Source: Sedimentisphaerales bacterium (lineage in GTDB: Bacteria; Planctomycetota; Phycisphaerae; Sedimentisphaerales; SM23-30). From it: a DNA stretch of 64,000 nt. Made by a program: the position numbers and the translations under genes. A model generated the notes under the pieces. The model saw nothing but the letters and a program-made list of their open reading frames with translations, did not search any database and was not told where the DNA came from. This document shows, piece by piece, positions 40,388 through 50,850 of the stretch (its first letter is position 1; each line of letters begins with the position of its first letter). Location: assembly GCA_963663965.2 (NCBI GenBank), contig CAXXFK010000032.1, positions 96,001 through 160,000 of the forward strand, written 5' to 3'.

Positions 40388-41662
40388 ATGAGCGATACCA
40401 ATCCATATTCACAACCGGCTCCTGCGCGTTTGCATCATAACGCCGCATGGGCAATTGTCGGAAATGTCTTCTATACTCTCGGACGAGTAGCCGTAATCAG
40501 CCTCTTGGCCAAAGCCTGGCCTTCCGATCAGGTCGGCGAGGTTATTTTTGCGTTATCGGTGGTCACCCCATTATCATTCCTGATCAACATGGAAATCCGC
40601 TCTGTCTATGTCACCGATGCCGCGCATACCATCCAGCCGGGTTTGTGCCTGCACACCCGCCTGCTTACGAATTCGTTCTTTATCATCGTATTAATCCTCC
40701 TGAGTGCCTTTTTCTTCTTTCACGACGGCATTTTTACTGCAACAATTATCATGATGTGCGGTCTGTTGCGTATCATGGATTCCTGGGCCGATATCTACCT
40801 GGGAGTCATGCAGAAAAACGAACAGATGCGTTTCTGGTCCTGGTCACAAATTATGAAGACCTCTCTGGTGGTAATCTGGGTATGCCTCATGTGGGTATGG
40901 AAGGTCTCGATTCTCTTCCTGCCGGTTGGCTGGACCGTATGCACCGCGGTCATAATCTGGTTTTATGACCGCCCCACTGCCGCACGGCTGGCCAACCTGA
41001 GCCTGATAAGCCATCGACAGCAGATCAAGCAATTGCTGAGGAAGGCGCTGCCGCTGGGAATCTTTGTTACGACGACCAGTCTCAATATTTCCATCGCCCC
41101 GATTATTATCAATAAACACCTCGACAAGAGCCAGGTAGCCTACTATGGCGCCATGATGATGTTTATCAGCGGCATGTGTGCTATCCAGAACGGTTTGAAC
41201 CATTCGATTTTACCCCGCCTGGCTGGCTATTTTCAAAATCAACGGTTCAAATTCTGGCAGCTGCTGGGAATTGTCATTGCCTTATCCTGGGCCGCTTTGG
41301 CTCTGGTGATTGTAAGCGTCTGGTGGCGGGGCGAATGGATTCTGAAGGTCTTTTTCAAGGCCGAATATGCCCAGCAAGCCGACATTTTTTTATTAATCAT
41401 TATAGGAGGATGGCTGATTCTTACCAGTATGATCCTTGGGGATGCGATCATCGCCGCCCATCGCTATCAGAGTCGAATGATTGCGGTGATTCTCGGCTTA
41501 CTGATCAATACCCTGATCTGCTGGTTCGGCATCCCCAGCCATGGACTTTATGCCGCCGCCTGGGCCGGCATTGCCTCACCGGCTGCGGTCAGCATTTACT
41601 GCCTCACAGTGCTTATCATAACGAGTCTGGATAAGTCCGCTATTCATACACGCCCGGTTTAA
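40388..41662 (+). CDS. Polysaccharide biosynthesis export protein (Wzx-like flippase)
   Basis: About 12 TM segments; NAAWAIVGN start; LLRKALPLG; follows a sugar aminotransferase. Confidence 0.8.
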   Translation: MSDTNPYSQPAPARLHHNAAWAIVGNVFYTLGRVAVISLLAKAWPSDQVGEVIFALSVVTPLSFLINMEIRSVYVTDAAHTIQPGLCLHTRLLTNSFFIIVLILLSAFFFFHDGIFTATIIMMCGLLRIMDSWADIYLGVMQKNEQMRFWSWSQIMKTSLVVIWVCLMWVWKVSILFLPVGWTVCTAVIIWFYDRPTAARLANLSLISHRQQIKQLLRKALPLGIFVTTTSLNISIAPIIINKHLDKSQVAYYGAMMMFISGMCAIQNGLNHSILPRLAGYFQNQRFKFWQLLGIVIALSWAALALVIVSVWWRGEWILKVFFKAEYAQQADIFLLIIIGGWLILTSMILGDAIIAAHRYQSRMIAVILGLLINTLICWFGIPSHGLYAAAWAGIASPAAVSIYCLTVLIITSLDKSAIHTRPV

Positions 41663-43949
41663 CCGGCATCGCCATGGCGCCATTTGGCAATAAGGTCATT
41701 AATTTCTCTAAGGTGCTGGGTACCTTTTCCTGTTTATCCAGTTCATTCGCAAAAGTCACAACATTATTCGACATACTCCGATAAAGTTCGCCGCAATGGA
41801 TCGCTCGATTGCCCCCGATAAAATTCTGGTCGGCCGGCTCACCCATTAAAAATTTAAGCATGGGATAACGACGTTGCCACTCCTCGCTTTGCCAGGGCGT
41901 GGTTTTCATATTATTTGAAATCGCCGAATGATTCGCCAGCATATCCAGCCACCGTTTCTGACCCCAGCCGCTATGGCTGAACATCAGCGGGCAGTCGACA
42001 AACAGATTGTTCTCAACAAAACTATGTTTTCCTCCGTGAATCTGCACGCCGCCAAAACGGCCACCCCCGACTCTTTCAAAAATATTATCATTAATCATGA
42101 ATCCGCTGATCGCGTCATCCAGACGCACCCCCGCCACCATACCATGTCGCCCTTTAATGTCATGAAACCAGTTCCGCCGGATGACATTGCCTCTCAATAC
42201 CGGATTTCCCCAGGTATCGAACACCCCCTGGTCATCCGATTCGCTCACGCAATCAAAAAACTCATTGAGTTCAAACACCGATTCACTGCATCCAACCCGA
42301 ATCGCACTGCTGGGAATCTCGCTGAACCGGTTATGCCGGACGCGCAAGCCCATACCATTCGCTACCAGCGCCGGGGTATAGGTCCGGTCAATCCGTGAGA
42401 GGTCTCTAATCTGACAATTTTCTATAATTGTCCCGGAGGGAATCAGCTTTTGCCAGTCACCACTATTCACGACCATCCCGCCACGCCCCATATGCTCAAT
42501 TTCGACCGAATGCAGCAGATGACCTGATCCGCCATTAATAATCACGCCATCACCGCTGGCTGCCCGAATGGTACAATTCACCATTGTGATATGATCGCAA
42601 TCATTGAATATGATGCCATCTCCCCGAATATACTCTAAGTCTAAATCGCAAACAGTTAGATAATGACATTGCTTGGCCGTCATAACCGGACCAAACGCAC
42701 TCAAAACACAAGCATCTCGATCGAATCCATCCGGTGGCAGCAGCCGGATAACCTGATTCGCAATATCCAGATGATATTCACCCGGCTGATCGATTTCTGA
42801 CAATGCGTTGAGCGCGTGCCATTGACTGTCTTTAAATCCGTAATTATTCAACGGGGGTTCCAGTTCGATCTTTCTAGCAGCCTTATCAATTCTCTTCACT
42901 TTCTCATACGCGTCCGCCCACTGATAGCACCAATAACCATGTAACCACAGATCTGTCTCATCCGCCCAGCGTAATGGGCGATCATCACTGAATCCATCCA
43001 AAGCCAGTCCAACATCCCCCTCATTGGGCCAGCGCGCCATCATTTGCGCCTTTCCCTGATAAAATAACTCGGGAACTCGTAAATTGGAGGTCCCCTCAAT
43101 CCCGTGCTCGCGTCGCTGGCTGGAAAAACCACCCAGAACCAGTTCATCGATTTGAGGCAATCCCTGCTCCTTGAGCGAAACCCTGAGAACTTTACCCCGC
43201 ACCGATTCCGGCAACCGCTCCAATATGGCAGGATCCGATTCAATCTGCCATCGCGTCAAAGCGATCCCTCCTGATAGAGTAATTCTTCTTTGAGATGACT
43301 CCCCCCGGATAACCAATGGATTCCGCTCCGTGCCACTATCTTCATTAGTCAATTTAATCGTCTGCGGTACTGAAAATTGGTCGCCTTTCAGAACGATTTC
43401 TATGGCCCCTTCAGTAAGCGTATTACTCTTTCGCATGTCTCTGATCCGGTTTAATGCCTCGTCAACCGTAACGAATGGCTTATGCAGGCTGCCATCTCCT
43501 CCCTCTTTCTGATTCATATCAACATAGCACTTCAATGCGGTTTTGGTGCCGGCCACCGGTTTAGGTGTCCGCTGCCAGCTGGCCGGTCGTTTTCCGGCCA
43601 GCAAATCTTGCAACTCTTGAATCCACAACCGGTCGTGTTCCGGTAAATATTCCAGATTCTTCAATTTCCCGATGGCCTCCAGGCACGCTGATTTATCTCC
43701 GGCCTGATAAGCAGTAATTGCCTCCCGGGTTAATATCAATGGCCGAAACCATTCTGAAATCGCCTGATTACCGGCCAGCGTACGATAGAGATGGCTGGCT
43801 TCAACAAATTTACCCTCTCTTTCCAATTGAGTGGTCTGCATAAACACCTTTTCTGAATCAGTCATTTCTGACTGCCCCCAGATGGTACCGGCCCCGATTA
43901 AGATAAAAATGCTAGATAGATACCAATGACGGAAGATATAATTTTTCAT
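41640..43949 (-). CDS. Secreted right-handed parallel beta-helix protein (putative carbohydrate-active)
   Basis: GDGSLHKPF, ARWPN, HGYW-YQWAD, EIDQPGEY, ESDDQG, LDDAISG. Confidence 0.8.
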   Translation of the reverse strand: MKNYIFRHWYLSSIFILIGAGTIWGQSEMTDSEKVFMQTTQLEREGKFVEASHLYRTLAGNQAISEWFRPLILTREAITAYQAGDKSACLEAIGKLKNLEYLPEHDRLWIQELQDLLAGKRPASWQRTPKPVAGTKTALKCYVDMNQKEGGDGSLHKPFVTVDEALNRIRDMRKSNTLTEGAIEIVLKGDQFSVPQTIKLTNEDSGTERNPLVIRGESSQRRITLSGGIALTRWQIESDPAILERLPESVRGKVLRVSLKEQGLPQIDELVLGGFSSQRREHGIEGTSNLRVPELFYQGKAQMMARWPNEGDVGLALDGFSDDRPLRWADETDLWLHGYWCYQWADAYEKVKRIDKAARKIELEPPLNNYGFKDSQWHALNALSEIDQPGEYHLDIANQVIRLLPPDGFDRDACVLSAFGPVMTAKQCHYLTVCDLDLEYIRGDGIIFNDCDHITMVNCTIRAASGDGVIINGGSGHLLHSVEIEHMGRGGMVVNSGDWQKLIPSGTIIENCQIRDLSRIDRTYTPALVANGMGLRVRHNRFSEIPSSAIRVGCSESVFELNEFFDCVSESDDQGVFDTWGNPVLRGNVIRRNWFHDIKGRHGMVAGVRLDDAISGFMINDNIFERVGGGRFGGVQIHGGKHSFVENNLFVDCPLMFSHSGWGQKRWLDMLANHSAISNNMKTTPWQSEEWQRRYPMLKFLMGEPADQNFIGGNRAIHCGELYRSMSNNVVTFANELDKQEKVPSTLEKLMTLLPNGAMAMPVKPGVYE

Positions 43950-44097
43950 GACTAGCCCTTTCGTTTATATCAATAAACAGACGCTCAATGAACAATATTG
44001 CAGCTAAGAAATGAAATAATATACCTGAACCGTATCAAATTAGAAAGAAAAACGTAATGCCGGCAAGTTCCCTGCCATCCTCGATCAGACCAGCCAG

Positions 44098-44343
44098 TTA
44101 TGCCCTGACATCACAACATTGGCCTAAGCCGGAAACCACCGCCCCCATCGTCAACTCCGGTTGTACGCTTCCTTGTTGTGCCACATCCAAAGCGCTATCC
44201 AATAGTTTCAACGCCATTTCTCCCTGCTGTCGATTGGCATCCAGGCTCTTTTTCGCAATCTTAACCTGAATCTGATTACTGACATTTGCCGCAGAAAGCT
44301 GACTGTTCAGGATGTCGCTGTTTATATTACTGATCGATGACAT
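44098..44343 (-). CDS. YjfB-family putative motility protein
   Basis: KIAKKSLDANRQQGEMALKLL and terminal GLGQxxDVRA; sigma28-like promoter upstream. Confidence 0.75.
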   Translation of the reverse strand: MSSISNINSDILNSQLSAANVSNQIQVKIAKKSLDANRQQGEMALKLLDSALDVAQQGSVQPELTMGAVVSGLGQCCDVRA

Positions 44344-44373
44344 AATAACTCTTTGGTTTTCTTTATTAATTAC

Positions 44374-44401
44374 TTATCGGCCATCTCCGCTACAAAGTTT
44401 A
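44374..44401 (-). promoter_or_regulatory. Sigma28 (FliA/SigD)-type promoter
   Basis: TAAA-N16-GCCGATAA on the minus strand. Confidence 0.65.
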
Positions 44402-44501
44402 ACTTAGAAAATCCAAATATCAACACCCATATAACATGCTGCAATAAAAAGACTTACAAGCACAACCCCCTGTGTTTAGCTATTCTCGATTAAATTTCCT
44501 G

Positions 44502-45800
44502 TTAAAAACTATATCGAACACCTGCATAGACATTGCTGTTATCCTGAAATTGCCCGAAGAAGGTATGCGGCTGGTCCCCGCTGAAAATGTTCCCCCCGAC
44601 TTCGTAAGACAGGTGATCGCTCGCCTTATAATTGATATTAGGCCGCAGATACATATCCTGATCGGAGGGTGAATAATATCCGAAAAGACCCAACCGCAAA
44701 TTCTGATTGAGCGCCAGTTTGGTCAATCGCAATGTAATTAAGTGCCTGTTCTCATCCCGGGACGGACCACCCGGCCAGAATTCCTGATATTCACTATAGC
44801 TCATCATATGCTCAACATAATACTGAATCCCGCCTGTCAGATCTTTGACGATTTCCTGAGTATAGCCAGCCAGAAAACGCATCTCTGAGTTATTGATCAT
44901 GGGATCCTCGCCATTATCGTCGTCATCACTACGATAATAGCCATATTCCAGATTGCCAATCCCTTTCAGAATATTGCCTCGCACACTGAAGCCGATCACG
45001 GTAAGATCCGGAAAAATGGCCCGCCCCCCGGCATTCATCCCACCCGGGCTCTTCCAGAATCCCTTATAACCATAAACGGCCAGTTCAATATTTTCGATAT
45101 TTCGATACAACCGGACCGCCAGTTCACTGTCGTCAATCCATTCATCCGGTTTGTGAGTTTGTATGACGGCATTCTCACCGGCAATTTCTCCCATTCCACC
45201 ATTCCAGTAAGAGATGCGCTCTCCGGTGATATAACGATCGGAATCGAATTGAGGCGTGAAAACAATATCCAGATTTACTGATTCGCTGAACAGGCTCACT
45301 TTCAAGGCATCCGAGGGCGCCTTGAGATATTCCGTATCGCGGCCGATAAAAAACGACTGCCAGTCCTTGGGAAACATATCGTTAATAAAGATCAGATCGC
45401 CGGTCCCCCACGTCAGGATTTGCCGGCCAATCCAGAAATCCATAAAATCCGTCGGACGCGCCCCCAAATAAAACTCACGGATATCATAGTCACCTTCTTC
45501 CATAACGCCATCACCATACAGATCGCCCTTGAACTTGAGATCCGCATCACCCAGGTAAGAAGCCAGATCCAGTTGCAAACGGCTTTCCAGTAACGAAAAA
45601 TCCTTTTCATTACGGTCGCTGGTCACCCGATACCCGGCCCGGTTATCCCAGTAACCATGTATGGTTGGAATCAAGTCTTCTACCCAGCCGGGCAGAGACT
45701 GACGACTGGATTCCTCCTGGGTATCATCCTGAGCCTGCAAAGACATGGTAAATAGACTGACTAAAACGAATGCGACTAGGGAGTAACAATACTTCTTCAT
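44502..45800 (-). CDS. Outer-membrane beta-barrel protein (DUF1302-like)
   Basis: Signal peptide; GRQILTWGTGD; alternating beta strands; terminal YSF. Confidence 0.75.
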   Translation of the reverse strand: MKKYCYSLVAFVLVSLFTMSLQAQDDTQEESSRQSLPGWVEDLIPTIHGYWDNRAGYRVTSDRNEKDFSLLESRLQLDLASYLGDADLKFKGDLYGDGVMEEGDYDIREFYLGARPTDFMDFWIGRQILTWGTGDLIFINDMFPKDWQSFFIGRDTEYLKAPSDALKVSLFSESVNLDIVFTPQFDSDRYITGERISYWNGGMGEIAGENAVIQTHKPDEWIDDSELAVRLYRNIENIELAVYGYKGFWKSPGGMNAGGRAIFPDLTVIGFSVRGNILKGIGNLEYGYYRSDDDDNGEDPMINNSEMRFLAGYTQEIVKDLTGGIQYYVEHMMSYSEYQEFWPGGPSRDENRHLITLRLTKLALNQNLRLGLFGYYSPSDQDMYLRPNINYKASDHLSYEVGGNIFSGDQPHTFFGQFQDNSNVYAGVRYSF

Positions 45801-45874
45801 AAAGCTTCCTCACGCCTGGATGTCTTCTTTTATCTTCAACGAAATGCCTATATTTACCCTGCAAATTTCTGCTA

Positions 45875-46693
45875 TTAACGCCTGGCCTCCCTGGGGGGCT
45901 TGCGTAAATAACGCTCGGTGAAAATATCTTCCAGCTTAATATTATATTGAACCTCACTGAATTCCATTTCCGTAACACTTTCCGTCTTCAAATCACTCAC
46001 CTTGGATTTCATAACCGTCGGGAATTTCTCCTCACCCACGGTGATGGTCTCAATCTTCAAGGATTCAACAATACGATATTTCTTATCCTGACTGTCATAA
46101 TATTCCATCTTCATGGGAATAAACGTCTGGCGATCGATAAAAACATCAAAATACTTGAACTCCACGGTATCCGGTTTCAACGGGGTGTTGCGAACCACGT
46201 AATATTGATCGGTGGTCTCTTTCAGTTCATGTTTGTCCTCCAGCAGACTGCGCCCGGACACATCCTCGTACAGGAAGTCCGACCCGACAAAGCTGGTCCG
46301 CTTGTCACTGGCTGCGATACGTTTGACCAGATCCAGATTCGGCAGATACAGCCAGCGGTCATCATCTTTTTTGGGATCCGTATGCTTATGTACCATAAAC
46401 ACCATACCGCGCACATCCGCCGGGCGGTCAAAATAAACATAATACTTCTGATCACCGCCATCCTGGTCATCCTTCCGCAACACGACAAACTCCCGCTCGC
46501 GCGTCCTGCCCTGTTTGTCCTTGATCGTCATCTTGACCTTCGCCTTGCCATCAATGCCCTGATAATAACTCATGAAATTGGCTTTTTCGATGATCTGATC
46601 GACTGTTAATGGTCCGTCATTCTCTTGCGCTGCTTGAACCGTTAAGGCCCCGGTCGCCACCAACAGGGATAGGATTGCCAATCTTGTTTTCAT
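45875..46693 (-). CDS. Outer-membrane lipoprotein-sorting (LolA-like) protein
   Basis: PADVRG, DDRWLYLP, VKRIA, FVGSDFLYED. Confidence 0.85.
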   Translation of the reverse strand: MKTRLAILSLLVATGALTVQAAQENDGPLTVDQIIEKANFMSYYQGIDGKAKVKMTIKDKQGRTREREFVVLRKDDQDGGDQKYYVYFDRPADVRGMVFMVHKHTDPKKDDDRWLYLPNLDLVKRIAASDKRTSFVGSDFLYEDVSGRSLLEDKHELKETTDQYYVVRNTPLKPDTVEFKYFDVFIDRQTFIPMKMEYYDSQDKKYRIVESLKIETITVGEEKFPTVMKSKVSDLKTESVTEMEFSEVQYNIKLEDIFTERYLRKPPREARR

Positions 46694-46796
46694 AATGTAC
46701 CTCACATTTCACGTAGAACGAATTCTATTCTTATCAAGCCTCGAATACAGTTAACTTAAACGGATACTTTTTAATAATATTGCATAAAATGCAAAA

Positions 46797-49661
46797 CTAA
46801 ACAGATTCCGAAGAATTCTCAATTCCCCCCTTTTGACTGTCAATCAATTTGCAGGCGTTACGACGCGATAACGTGCCACAAATCAAACCTAATACCGGCA
46901 CCAGCGCCAGACTGATCCAGGTGAGTTTCGTTACTCCCAGGTTCCAGTACTGATGCAGATTAATCGCGATGAGCGCCACAGTGGCAATGGAAATAATTAA
47001 ACAGGAACCACAATTACAGGTGACCGTCTGCACTTTTTCACTGGCTTTAAATAGCCAACCTGACATAATCCGTATGAGTGCCGGTAACACCAGCATGGTC
47101 GCGACTCCGGAAAGCGCCATAATCGCACACAGAAAGATGCCCACGGTCTTGTAAGGAACCAATGGCGCTGCCAGCAACGGCAAAAAGCCAATGGCAATCA
47201 CCAGCACATTGCGGCTGATCGCCCGGGCCGGCTCGCCAAACATTTCACGATTGGCGGCCTCCCAGTTGCCGTGCTGACGATACGCCTCGCGGGACCGTTC
47301 CAGAAAATGAATGGCAAAATCAACCGCCATCCCCAGGGTCAATGCGCTCAACACCGCCACGGGCATATCGTAATCCTTGCCAATCAAGCCGATAATACCA
47401 TAAATCACCGCAATGGTAATCGTCAGCGGAATCATACACAACAATCCCCACAAGGGCGACCGGAACAGAATTGCCATCATAATAAAGACCACCAGAAAAC
47501 TGCCCATGAAGGATTGCAGCATGCCCGTGACCATCTTATCCTGCCAGATGACATTGATATAGGTTAAACCCGCCCAGTGATGAGCCAGTGGCGCCGGGGG
47601 CGTATTCTTTTTGAAAAACGTTTCTACTGCGGCAACCACTTTTTGCATATCCTTATTGTCGCCGCTGGTCAACTGGATCCAGATATTGGCCTTATCGTAA
47701 TCCGGTGTTACCAGATGCCATAAATCCTGCGGCCGGTGACTGCCCTGGTATTGTATCAGCGTCTCGCCCACAGCCTGCAATCGATCGGGTATCTGATAAT
47801 TCTCTGGTTTGCCGTCAATGAGCTCCTGGTTAACTTTCTTAACTACATCCACCACAGAACTTGATTTTCCTACCACATCTAGATCTTGTAAATAGTGTTG
47901 CAGTGATGCAATATACTGCAAAACATCCGGACGCTTGAAAAGTTTCAATCTCTCTTTTTCCAGGCCGATAAAAGTCAATATTTCATCCAGGGCATCAAAT
48001 TCCACATCCGAAGCCCCTTTCATGACAGCCTCAATCTGATCATTAATTTTCTCAAACAGTTGATCAACAGATTCTGCTCCCCCTGCCTGTTCGATCATAC
48101 CAACCAACTGGGCCTGGTATTTGGCCAGCTCCGGGTAATCCCCTTTGAGGGTTCCGATTTCTGTCTTCACTTTCTCTTTGAGTTCGCTTGCCAGCCTGGA
48201 TACCGACAGATCACTGCCTGATCCTTCCAGCACCAGGTACGCCATATACGTACCGCCAAAATGATCATTCAATACCTTATCCGCCACCCGGATCGGATGG
48301 CTGGGAGCAAACCATTTGACCGGATTGTCATTAATCTGGATTCGGCTGATTCCGTATACCGAGATCCCGACCAATACCACAAATACCGCCAGGATCGGCT
48401 TAGCGCCCTTGTAAACCCACTGCCCCAACCCATGCAGCCAGTTTGACATCACGGATGGTTTCTCATCATGATGAGCGGCCAGACCAAAATTCTCCAGCGA
48501 TTTGTCTTTGATAAACATGACATAGGCTGGAACAAATACGATCGTTAATACCCATGCGATCATAATCCCGATACCGACAAACAGTCCAAAAACCTGCACC
48601 GGCGGGATCGGGGTCAAAGCCAGGGACAAAAAGCCGGCCGCCGAGGTCAATGAAGTGTAAAGCATCGGTACAAATAAGCTATCCATTACCTCCAGTATCG
48701 TAGCCTTCTTCCCTTTCTCCCTGGTATAACGATCGAAAAATTCCGATAAGATATGCACCGAATCTACTACCGCAATCGGCATCAGAAATATCGGAATCAT
48801 TGAGCTCATGATATGAACCGGGTGGCCAAATCCAATCAACAATCCCATCGTGGAGATCACTGATACCATTGCCACGATCATGGGCGAAATAATCAGTACC
48901 AGCTTACGGAAAAACAGCAGCATCAGGACAAAAATCGTCAGCATGGCTAATGGAGCCGATATCGCCATCTGGATAAACATCTCCACCCCGAAGGTATCCT
49001 CCGCTACCGGCAATCCCGTAATGTGATATTCTTCATCACCGGAAAATTCGGCGATTTTCTTATTTAAGGCGGTATAAACCCGGTAACTCAGAGCTTTGCT
49101 GGTTAATGGCAAATACAGACACAGCGCCTTGCCGTCTTCCGAGACCAGAGTGCCTTTTAAAATAGGATTCGATAACACCCGATCTTTAATTTCTGCGGCC
49201 TGTTCCGCGGTATACGGGGGCTTGCCCATCAGCCACTCGAATTTAACAAATCCGGGACTGTCTCCCTGTCCGATATGATCCACCATACTGGGCGCAATGA
49301 TATCCGCCTCGATAACACCAATCGATTTATCCGGATTCTCCGGATCATCCCATTGCAGTTCAGTAGCGGCAAAATCCGCTAACTGGTAGACTTTTTCAAG
49401 TGAAGCTGGATTAAAAACACCTTCCGGATCATGCTCGTTTACGATACCCAGCACAACCATATCGCTTAAGTCAAACCGTTCTTTGTTCTCATCATGAAAT
49501 ACCCTGACCGGTTCATCTTCCGCCAGCATATTTTCCGGATCGGTATCCACTTTGATCATCGGTATCATAGCCCCGGTGATCACCGTAAACAGGACCATCA
49601 GCCAGGTGACTGTTTTGGGATGCCCGATAGCGATACCGGTTATTTTATGTTTAATATCCAT
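46797..49661 (-). CDS. MMPL/RND family transporter
   Basis: Two TM bundles with IAVVDSVH and GMAVDFAIHF; large periplasmic loops. Confidence 0.9.
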   Translation of the reverse strand: MDIKHKITGIAIGHPKTVTWLMVLFTVITGAMIPMIKVDTDPENMLAEDEPVRVFHDENKERFDLSDMVVLGIVNEHDPEGVFNPASLEKVYQLADFAATELQWDDPENPDKSIGVIEADIIAPSMVDHIGQGDSPGFVKFEWLMGKPPYTAEQAAEIKDRVLSNPILKGTLVSEDGKALCLYLPLTSKALSYRVYTALNKKIAEFSGDEEYHITGLPVAEDTFGVEMFIQMAISAPLAMLTIFVLMLLFFRKLVLIISPMIVAMVSVISTMGLLIGFGHPVHIMSSMIPIFLMPIAVVDSVHILSEFFDRYTREKGKKATILEVMDSLFVPMLYTSLTSAAGFLSLALTPIPPVQVFGLFVGIGIMIAWVLTIVFVPAYVMFIKDKSLENFGLAAHHDEKPSVMSNWLHGLGQWVYKGAKPILAVFVVLVGISVYGISRIQINDNPVKWFAPSHPIRVADKVLNDHFGGTYMAYLVLEGSGSDLSVSRLASELKEKVKTEIGTLKGDYPELAKYQAQLVGMIEQAGGAESVDQLFEKINDQIEAVMKGASDVEFDALDEILTFIGLEKERLKLFKRPDVLQYIASLQHYLQDLDVVGKSSSVVDVVKKVNQELIDGKPENYQIPDRLQAVGETLIQYQGSHRPQDLWHLVTPDYDKANIWIQLTSGDNKDMQKVVAAVETFFKKNTPPAPLAHHWAGLTYINVIWQDKMVTGMLQSFMGSFLVVFIMMAILFRSPLWGLLCMIPLTITIAVIYGIIGLIGKDYDMPVAVLSALTLGMAVDFAIHFLERSREAYRQHGNWEAANREMFGEPARAISRNVLVIAIGFLPLLAAPLVPYKTVGIFLCAIMALSGVATMLVLPALIRIMSGWLFKASEKVQTVTCNCGSCLIISIATVALIAINLHQYWNLGVTKLTWISLALVPVLGLICGTLSRRNACKLIDSQKGGIENSSESV

Positions 49662-49693
49662 ATCGTTATGCTCCTTAGATAATCTCGTGTTTG

Positions 49694-50170
49694 TTAATCC
49701 TCGATAATACCCTTTAACATCTGCTTCTCCTCAGCGACAACGGCCCCACCCATCACGCGGGCGATATTCCCACCAAAGAGCTTCGCCATCAATGCCATAT
49801 TCATCTCCGAAAACCAGACCCCGCCATGATCATCCTCCCAGACCGCCATCGTACAAGGCATCAAGCAGGAAATGTGCCTGTCCGTCGTTAAAACCTCTTT
49901 CGCATACTGTGGTTTACATAACTTAACCAGTGATACCCGGGGTTTGAACTCTACATTATGCTTGGCCATGGATTGATTTAAATGCCAGACCTCTTTGGCT
50001 ACCCAGCCATTGTCTTTGACCGATTGCTCCAGCCGGTTGACTGTTTCTTCAAATCCAAGCAGGCTCTTCTTCTTGACGATCATCATTCCCGGCATGAGTT
50101 TTACTACCAGAACCCCGCAAATAACAACGCCTGCGACAAAACCGATTACCAAAGCCAGATAGGGATTCAT
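49694..50170 (-). CDS. DUF302 domain protein with N-terminal TM
   Basis: FEETVNRL, LCKPQYA, LMPCTMAVWE; AAGGAG before ATG 50170. Confidence 0.8.
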   Translation of the reverse strand: MNPYLALVIGFVAGVVICGVLVVKLMPGMMIVKKKSLLGFEETVNRLEQSVKDNGWVAKEVWHLNQSMAKHNVEFKPRVSLVKLCKPQYAKEVLTTDRHISCLMPCTMAVWEDDHGGVWFSEMNMALMAKLFGGNIARVMGGAVVAEEKQMLKGIIED

Positions 50171-50243
50171 GAGCGATCTCCTTGAGCTCTTCGTTATCTT
50201 TATGTATTTGTACACTTTATTTCGATCATTTCAATATAAATTT

Positions 50244-50564
50244 TTATAACGTCTCTAATGTTTTTTTGATGGTCTCCACAGTCTGTATCCCCGTCATTTT
50301 ACGTAAGACATGACCATTTTTAACAAATACCAGCGTTGGAATGGCTCTCACCCCAAATTGTGCGGCTAATTGAGGATTTTCATCGACATCCACCTTCCCG
50401 AACACTGCCTTTTCGCCCAGCTTGCTGGCGGCTTCTTCAAATATCGGCCCCATGGCCCGGCAAGGACCGCACCACGGCGCCCAGAAATCGATGACCGCAA
50501 GCGACTCTTTAATTGCGTGACTGTAATTCTTATCGTTTAATTTTCTGACTTGTTCTGTTTTCAT
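50244..50564 (-). CDS. trxA: Thioredoxin
   Basis: DFWAPWCGPC and IPT cis-Pro motif. Confidence 0.93.
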   Translation of the reverse strand: MKTEQVRKLNDKNYSHAIKESLAVIDFWAPWCGPCRAMGPIFEEAASKLGEKAVFGKVDVDENPQLAAQFGVRAIPTLVFVKNGHVLRKMTGIQTVETIKKTLETL

Positions 50565-50618
50565 GGTATTTCTCCTGTAATAGAGTGATCAATTTATTAA
50601 GTTTACACCTATTAACAA

Positions 50619-50634
50619 AGCAATATCTATGCCA
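50619..50634 (-). promoter_or_regulatory. Sigma54 -24/-12 promoter
   Basis: TGGCATAGATATTGCT, GG-N10-GC. Confidence 0.75.
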
Positions 50635-50850
50635 CTAGAACAAAAACAACCCATAAATTTCACAAGATATTATATTATAGATAGTTATATATAGTCAAAA
50701 GTGAGACAGATAAACAACCACCATCTGGACAGCCGATGAGTATGCGCATACATCACAGAAAAGAGTATACAAAACTAGAAAGTTTACACAAATAAGATCT
50801 TCCAGAAAGTTCTCTAACCTTTTAAAAGATCGCTCGAACCGGCTTTTCCT

